IMG/VR virus record: IMGVR_UViG_3300032304_000649
Length of the DNA stretch: 20,000 bases
Strand: one strand, 5' to 3'
Source of the DNA: an uncultured virus (IMG/VR IMGVR_UViG_3300032304_000649)
Lineage: Duplodnaviria > Heunggongvirae > Uroviricota > Caudoviricetes
Positions 15,447-20,000 of this stretch are shown here, piece after piece. Each line of letters starts with the position of its first letter. Position 1 is the first letter of the stretch. The notes under the pieces were generated by a model, which saw only the letters and a program-made list of their open reading frames with translations, was not told where the DNA came from and ran no database searches. Made by a program: the position numbers and the translations under genes.

Positions 15447-17335
15447 TGTCCCAGTTTACTCCTCAAGAATTGGAAGAGTTTGAGTTCCGTGAAAGAGCAG
15501 AAAAAGAATTTGCTGCTAAACAAACACCTGACGCAAGAGATACAGAAGCCGCAGTGAGCAATGTGGTGTACCCAGCTGTTGGAGCTGCAGTTGGAGCCGC
15601 CGCTGGTAGTTTACCAACTAAGATAGTCAATGGTATGGTCCAAGACCCGATGACCGGAAAATGGATGGCGGTAGAAAATTACGCTCGTCAAATGGCTCAG
15701 GGTAAATATTACGGCGGTCAAAACTACAATCAGGTTTGGGACAAAATTCGTGAATATAATTTAGATCCAACCCAAGGCCCACGTCTTGAAAAAGAAGCCA
15801 TGGCTAATAGATCTACGGGTCAGAAAATGTTGGCAAATACTCCTAAACCACTACAAGGTTTAGTTTCTAAACCAATGGGTGTGATCGGTCGTGGCACTGT
15901 TGGTCTTGGTGCTGGTCTGCAAGGTTCAGATGCGCTTAATCGCTACAAAGCTGGTGACACCAGCGGTTCAATAATTAGCGGCATTGGTGCGTTAGGTACT
16001 GCAGCGGCTATGATCCCACACCCTGTAACACGTATTGGTGGTACGGCTATTGGACTAGGTGCTGAGGGTTTAAATACGTTCCTTGATTATCTTAAAAAGA
16101 AAAGTCAAAAGCCCGCACAGCCACAGGCTCAACCACAACAAATGGCTGAGGGTGGATCAGCAAAGAAAAAGATGTCTAAGGCTGAACGCGCAGCTAAGGC
16201 AATACGTGAGAATAATAAAAAAAAAGTTCCGCAGTTAGCTGATGGCGGACAAGTAGGTATGGCAACGCCTATTGATGCACTACCTGTAAAATTTGGTACG
16301 GAAGCACCAAATTCTAACCCATATGGATTTACTGCTCCGACGGGTCCTTCTACACAGGCTTTAGTACCTTACTACAACAAAACAACTGGAGAATCTTGGA
16401 CTGCGCCTAGCGGTGGATACACGCCACCATCGGCTGATTGGCTTCAAGGTTCTCCTGGTAATTCACAAGTAGCACCGTTGCCAGGTTTTGCTCCTGGCAT
16501 GGACCCTGTAAAACCAAACAAAATGCCAGCTACGTTAGCTGAATGGCAAGCCCAGCAGGGTCCCGTAATGACTGCTGATGTTAAGCCTTGGGCTGGAACA
16601 GTTGATGCTAGCGGTACTTGGAAAGCAAATACTCCTGAAGAAGCGGCTGCGGCTTATGCAAAATTTGCAGCCGAATCTAATGCTGCAACTCCTATAGGTA
16701 TAACCCCTCCGTCTGGTGGCGGGTCTGGTTTAAGTGGTTTAATTGCTCCGACTTTGCCCGTTCCAATGCCGCAGCAACAGCCCTATATGCCTATGATGGG
16801 CAATAATCTAACACCACCACCAATATATAATAACCCTAATTTTGTGCCTACACAAATTGGTGGCAATCTACCTAGTGGTGGATCGGGTTTAAATAGTTTA
16901 GTTAATCAACCAACAAACGCACCTAAGCCAGTTGCTCAAATAACACCGCAACAACCGTTTCAACAAAGACGTGTTGCGCCCCCGTTAAGTGGTAATATAA
17001 ACCCATCGTTTGCTAAAAGAGCCCTGCCTTATACTCCAAAGCCAATACCAAAACCTATGCCTAGAAGAAGAATGTTTGCTGAGGGTGGCAGTACTACACC
17101 AGCATGGCAACGTTCTGAAGGCAAGAGCCCATCGGGCGGTTTAAACGCTTTAGGTCGTGCTTCATACAAGCGTGAGACTGGTGGCACATTAAAGGCACCA
17201 CAGCCAGAAGGCGGCTCACGTAAGAAGTCATTCTGCGCCAGGATGGGCGGGATGAAGAAGAAACTAACTTCTTCAAAGACCGCCAACGATCCGGATTCAC
17301 GCATCAACAAAGCACTCCGTAAGTGGAAGTGCTAA
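15446..17335 (+). CDS. Putative ejection / internal virion protein with Gly-zipper segments, a Pro-rich middle and a C-terminal DUF6321-like domain
   Basis: 629 aa. GxxxG-rich hydrophobic stretches; MAEGG, LADGG and FAEGG motifs; basic C-terminus AWQRSEGK...GGLN..GRASY...RKKSFCARMGG...DPDSRINKALRKWKC, recognised from memory as DUF6321-like. Confidence 0.6.
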   Translation: MSQFTPQELEEFEFRERAEKEFAAKQTPDARDTEAAVSNVVYPAVGAAVGAAAGSLPTKIVNGMVQDPMTGKWMAVENYARQMAQGKYYGGQNYNQVWDKIREYNLDPTQGPRLEKEAMANRSTGQKMLANTPKPLQGLVSKPMGVIGRGTVGLGAGLQGSDALNRYKAGDTSGSIISGIGALGTAAAMIPHPVTRIGGTAIGLGAEGLNTFLDYLKKKSQKPAQPQAQPQQMAEGGSAKKKMSKAERAAKAIRENNKKKVPQLADGGQVGMATPIDALPVKFGTEAPNSNPYGFTAPTGPSTQALVPYYNKTTGESWTAPSGGYTPPSADWLQGSPGNSQVAPLPGFAPGMDPVKPNKMPATLAEWQAQQGPVMTADVKPWAGTVDASGTWKANTPEEAAAAYAKFAAESNAATPIGITPPSGGGSGLSGLIAPTLPVPMPQQQPYMPMMGNNLTPPPIYNNPNFVPTQIGGNLPSGGSGLNSLVNQPTNAPKPVAQITPQQPFQQRRVAPPLSGNINPSFAKRALPYTPKPIPKPMPRRRMFAEGGSTTPAWQRSEGKSPSGGLNALGRASYKRETGGTLKAPQPEGGSRKKSFCARMGGMKKKLTSSKTANDPDSRINKALRKWKC

Positions 17336-17336
17336 C

Positions 17337-19268
17337 TTACTTCCTATAACGTTTACCGTACCAACCCTCCGCAGCAAGAGGAAAATCGGGAGCCCATGAT
17401 GGTGGCGTAGTCATAATACGGACCACATCATTCATTGCGGACTCCCCGTTTTGTTCTTCTACAAGAAGGAGTACCTCGTCATGGATGCTGTTTATAACGC
17501 TATATCCCGCATTTTCAAGATTGAGCATGGCATTAGCCAAGAAGTCCCTAGCAGTAGCCTGAACGGCGGACTGGAAGATACTGCTACCAATCAAAGCATT
17601 TCTACTCCACTGCCGAGTGTAGGTGTTTTGGGAATGGACAGTAACACCCATCTTTTGCGCGCCCCATGGTGTGGTGAGCAACTCGAGCTCTGGCCTTTGC
17701 CAGCAGATCAATCTACCACTGGGTAGTCTCATCCACAGTGCGTTCTTTGTGACTTTCAGTTTAATCTTACTACCAGCATCAAACGTTGTGCCTGGGCTCT
17801 GTGCGGCTTGAATTGAAGCGGTCTCACACTTAGTCCATAAGTTCTTAACCATCAGATACGACGCCCGGTAGTTATCTACCGCACTCTTGGCTTGGGTCTC
17901 GGTTATGTTGACGCCCATACCGGCGGCATACTTAACTAAGCCCTTAGCACCCTGACCAAACATTGCGCCCAGAACCGCCGACTTAGCAATTTGTCTTTGA
18001 TCCTTCGTAACTTCTTCATACGGGACTCGGTACAGGGATGTGGAGGCGAATACTTTATACTCATCTAGTCCTTTCCTAAATAGCTCTATCTTATCTTTTT
18101 GATCCGCAAGATATACGCCAACTCGGTTTTCAATGCTTGAAAAATCCACATCCACGAATGTATGGCCTTGTGGCGCCCTAATAGCAGATCGAACGAGTGA
18201 GGACAGTTCGTCCATCGATCCATTTGCCTCGCCAAAAAGTCGTGGTATCGCCGCCTCAATCTCTGCATCACTGATAGTGGGGCGAGCAATATTTTGAAGA
18301 TTAAGTCCACCGCGAGAAGCCCAGCGACCAGTAGAAGCCCCGTGATAGACGAGCGTGTTTCGTATCCTGCCATTCCTTTGTACCTCCAACATTTTAGCGT
18401 ACTTAGCCACGCTAGTTTGGCTTCCTTCTTGGCGCAACTCTAGCGCCCTCTTAACATCTTCCCCTGAAAACAAATTATCAAAGTTAGTGCTTACTAACTT
18501 ATTTGAAACGGACTCGGCGGTCAAGTTGTCCATGTCGGCGCCTTGTTCATTAAGCCAGTCCAGTAACTTCTGGCGTTCAGAAGGCTTACAACCGGTCAAG
18601 GCAAGGAGTTCGTTGTCTAGAGCATCCTGAGCCTTTGTAACTGCCAATACGGCGTTTCTAAGCTCGTCAGGATCGACCGGTACGCCTCTTGTATTGATCC
18701 GTTGGGTGAGGGTCCAGACCGCCTGTTCGGCGTCTTCTAGGGGCCTTAAAACGCTTCCTATGGCCATCTCTGTGCGTACGTCTTGGGCACAGTAATCAAA
18801 GAGCTGCTTTAATAACTCAGGGTCGTTATTAAAGACTCCTTTACTATTGGGTTTGCATAGCTTCTGAATAAGCCTTTTGCCAATAGGGTCTTTCTGGTAC
18901 TGGGCGTTCATAAACAAACCGGCATCATCAAGGCTCTGTGGCACGTTGTTAGCCGCCGCTACGGCCATGGTGTCAATACACTGCTCCAGCTTTAACTTAG
19001 GCCAATGGTACTTTGGCACACAGACACAGTTCCATATTGCGTATTCAAACATGGCGTTCCATGCGGCAATCTTGCCACCATTTCTAACGTGGTTTAATAG
19101 CCTCAATAAACCAAATCCTCCATCTGGTTTAAAGACTTGTACGTTCTCGGGTGCGGTGCCAAACGCAATACACAACACTTCGGTGGATAGGCAGTTAGCG
19201 TATTTGTCAAGACCTACTTCTGGTAGATCGGCAAAACTACGGGTTTCAAAGTCAATGCTGTAAATCAT
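17337..19268 (-). CDS. polA: Phage family A DNA polymerase with 3'-5' exonuclease domain and no 5' nuclease
   Basis: Exonuclease motifs IDFETRS, AWNAMFE and YCAQDV; ASTGRWAS...NLQN; motif A DFSSIENR; motif B RQIAKSAVLGAMFG; motif C IHDEV. RBS AAGGAG at 19274-19279. Confidence 0.95.
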   Translation of the reverse strand: MIYSIDFETRSFADLPEVGLDKYANCLSTEVLCIAFGTAPENVQVFKPDGGFGLLRLLNHVRNGGKIAAWNAMFEYAIWNCVCVPKYHWPKLKLEQCIDTMAVAAANNVPQSLDDAGLFMNAQYQKDPIGKRLIQKLCKPNSKGVFNNDPELLKQLFDYCAQDVRTEMAIGSVLRPLEDAEQAVWTLTQRINTRGVPVDPDELRNAVLAVTKAQDALDNELLALTGCKPSERQKLLDWLNEQGADMDNLTAESVSNKLVSTNFDNLFSGEDVKRALELRQEGSQTSVAKYAKMLEVQRNGRIRNTLVYHGASTGRWASRGGLNLQNIARPTISDAEIEAAIPRLFGEANGSMDELSSLVRSAIRAPQGHTFVDVDFSSIENRVGVYLADQKDKIELFRKGLDEYKVFASTSLYRVPYEEVTKDQRQIAKSAVLGAMFGQGAKGLVKYAAGMGVNITETQAKSAVDNYRASYLMVKNLWTKCETASIQAAQSPGTTFDAGSKIKLKVTKNALWMRLPSGRLICWQRPELELLTTPWGAQKMGVTVHSQNTYTRQWSRNALIGSSIFQSAVQATARDFLANAMLNLENAGYSVINSIHDEVLLLVEEQNGESAMNDVVRIMTTPPSWAPDFPLAAEGWYGKRYRK

Positions 19269-19308
19269 AATCGCTCCTTAGGCAAGCCGACGTATCGGCG
19301 ATAAAACT

Positions 19309-19337
19309 ATTATACATAAAAAAGGGGGCCTGTGCAA
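19309..19337 (-). promoter_or_regulatory. Sigma70-type promoter for the DNA polymerase gene
   Basis: On the minus strand TTGCAC (19337-19332), 17 nt, then TATAAT (19314-19309), about 40 nt upstream of the ATG. Confidence 0.75.
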
Positions 19338-19345
19338 GCGCCCCC
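19318..19345 (-). terminator. Intrinsic terminator downstream of the RNR gene
   Basis: Minus strand GGGGGC, 10 nt loop, GCCCCC, then TTTTTT. Confidence 0.75.
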
Positions 19346-19427
19346 AATCACCACCACGTGAAACTATTTACGCCACCGCCACGCAATACTCCAGTTAAAG
19401 AGATTGAGTGGCGGGCACTTCCATGGA

Positions 19428-20000
19428 TCAGATCTCACAAGATCCAGCGCTACATGCTAGCTGTTGCGCTCCTTCCACATTGTCTGTTACTTCTTTGAAC
19501 TCGTTCCAGTTGATCGTTGGGACCTTGGCTTTTAGCTCGTTGTACTCTGCTTCGGTGCACTCTTCGTACGGGGCTTGACGGTAGGTTCCGCCATCGTACG
19601 GTAGATAACTAACTCCTGAGATTTCGCTGAAGTTATCCCAGGTCCAAGCGCCAACTGAAGGCCAGTCTTTTTCTTCCACTGAGATGGTGACGCTAGGTTT
19701 ATGCTCACACCAATGTCGTTGGAATGTAAGCCATAGGGAAAGATGATCCATTGGTGTGACGTCGGATCTTGTGATTCCCGCTGGGGCTTTGATTGGAAAG
19801 CTGAACACAGTTGTCTGAGTAGGTTTGTAAACATCGTCTTCACTTGGTATTCCTTGGCTGACTAAGAACTGAGTTAAAGGGTCTTTCTTATCTCCTCTAA
19901 CTCTGCGGATGTAATACTTAGAGTGTCGAGGGTGGATTCCAGAAGCGCTATCAACGAGTTGGGAGACGGTGCCGCTTGGCTTGACGCAAGTAATTGCAGC
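19428..20000 (-). CDS. nrdJ: Class II (adenosylcobalamin-dependent, monomeric RTPR-type) ribonucleotide reductase, 3' part; partial
   Basis: The frame is open from 20000: AAITCVKPSGTVSQLVDSASGIHPRHSKYYIRRVR...WCEHKPSVTI...SGVSYLP...YRQAPYEE...ACSAGSCEI. TCVKPSGT, the S.T motif, QAPYE and the C-terminal Cx4C pair match RTPR-type NrdJ. Confidence 0.92.
   Translation of the reverse strand, partial: AAITCVKPSGTVSQLVDSASGIHPRHSKYYIRRVRGDKKDPLTQFLVSQGIPSEDDVYKPTQTTVFSFPIKAPAGITRSDVTPMDHLSLWLTFQRHWCEHKPSVTISVEEKDWPSVGAWTWDNFSEISGVSYLPYDGGTYRQAPYEECTEAEYNELKAKVPTINWNEFKEVTDNVEGAQQLACSAGSCEI

Noticed and set aside
1026..17310. Minus-strand ORFs opposite the structural genes (e.g. 1026-1343, 2572-3012, 10291-10749, 13200-13388, 14624-15004, 17029-17310)
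   Set aside because: They are shadows of the + strand genes, with no recognisable motifs; the poly-Pro ORF is just the reverse of the poly-Gly tract.
17451..19263. ORFs nested in or antisense to polA (17451-17726, 17623-17811, 18086-18373, 18355-18630, 18877-19263)
   Set aside because: They lie wholly within a well-supported polymerase gene, with no independent evidence.
17337..19268. Polymerase specialised for modified bases (DpoZ-like)
   Set aside because: No purZ or other base-modification gene lies in the window; the motif B variant alone is insufficient.
19346..19427. tRNA or cobalamin riboswitch next to nrdJ
   Set aside because: No cloverleaf or T-loop consensus; the region is downstream of nrdJ and too short for a cobalamin riboswitch.
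19428..19808. 126-aa stand-alone ORF as given in the ORF track
   Set aside because: The frame is open to the window edge and carries RNR motifs upstream of 19808; it is the C-terminus of NrdJ.

Overview
The window is a 20 kb piece of a tailed dsDNA bacteriophage genome, most likely podovirus-like with ejection (internal virion) proteins and a Gram-negative host (both inferred). The + strand carries, in order: the end of a tail fibre with an S74 chaperone domain; a lysis cassette (two membrane proteins, a 3TM-type holin, an M15 peptidase and a GH24 lysozyme); a Lys-rich repeat protein; a small basic protein; head-tail/tail genes interrupted by a free-standing GIY-YIG endonuclease; and four large low-complexity ejection-type proteins, one with a lytic transglycosylase domain. 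The - strand carries a family A DNA polymerase and the 3' end of a class II ribonucleotide reductase, converging on the structural operon. Notable patterns: (1) a hydrophobic-x-x-G-G motif found about 16 times across three otherwise unrelated proteins, where it delimits modules and may be a processing or capsid-targeting code; (2) an exact TGEDFDM peptide found six times across two different genes, with synonymous variation; (3) a bipartite DNA motif repeated upstream of two structural gene blocks, a candidate phage-specific late promoter; (4) terminator/promoter overlaps and RNA hairpins between nrdJ and polA. All family assignments come from motif recognition by eye; no searches were run.
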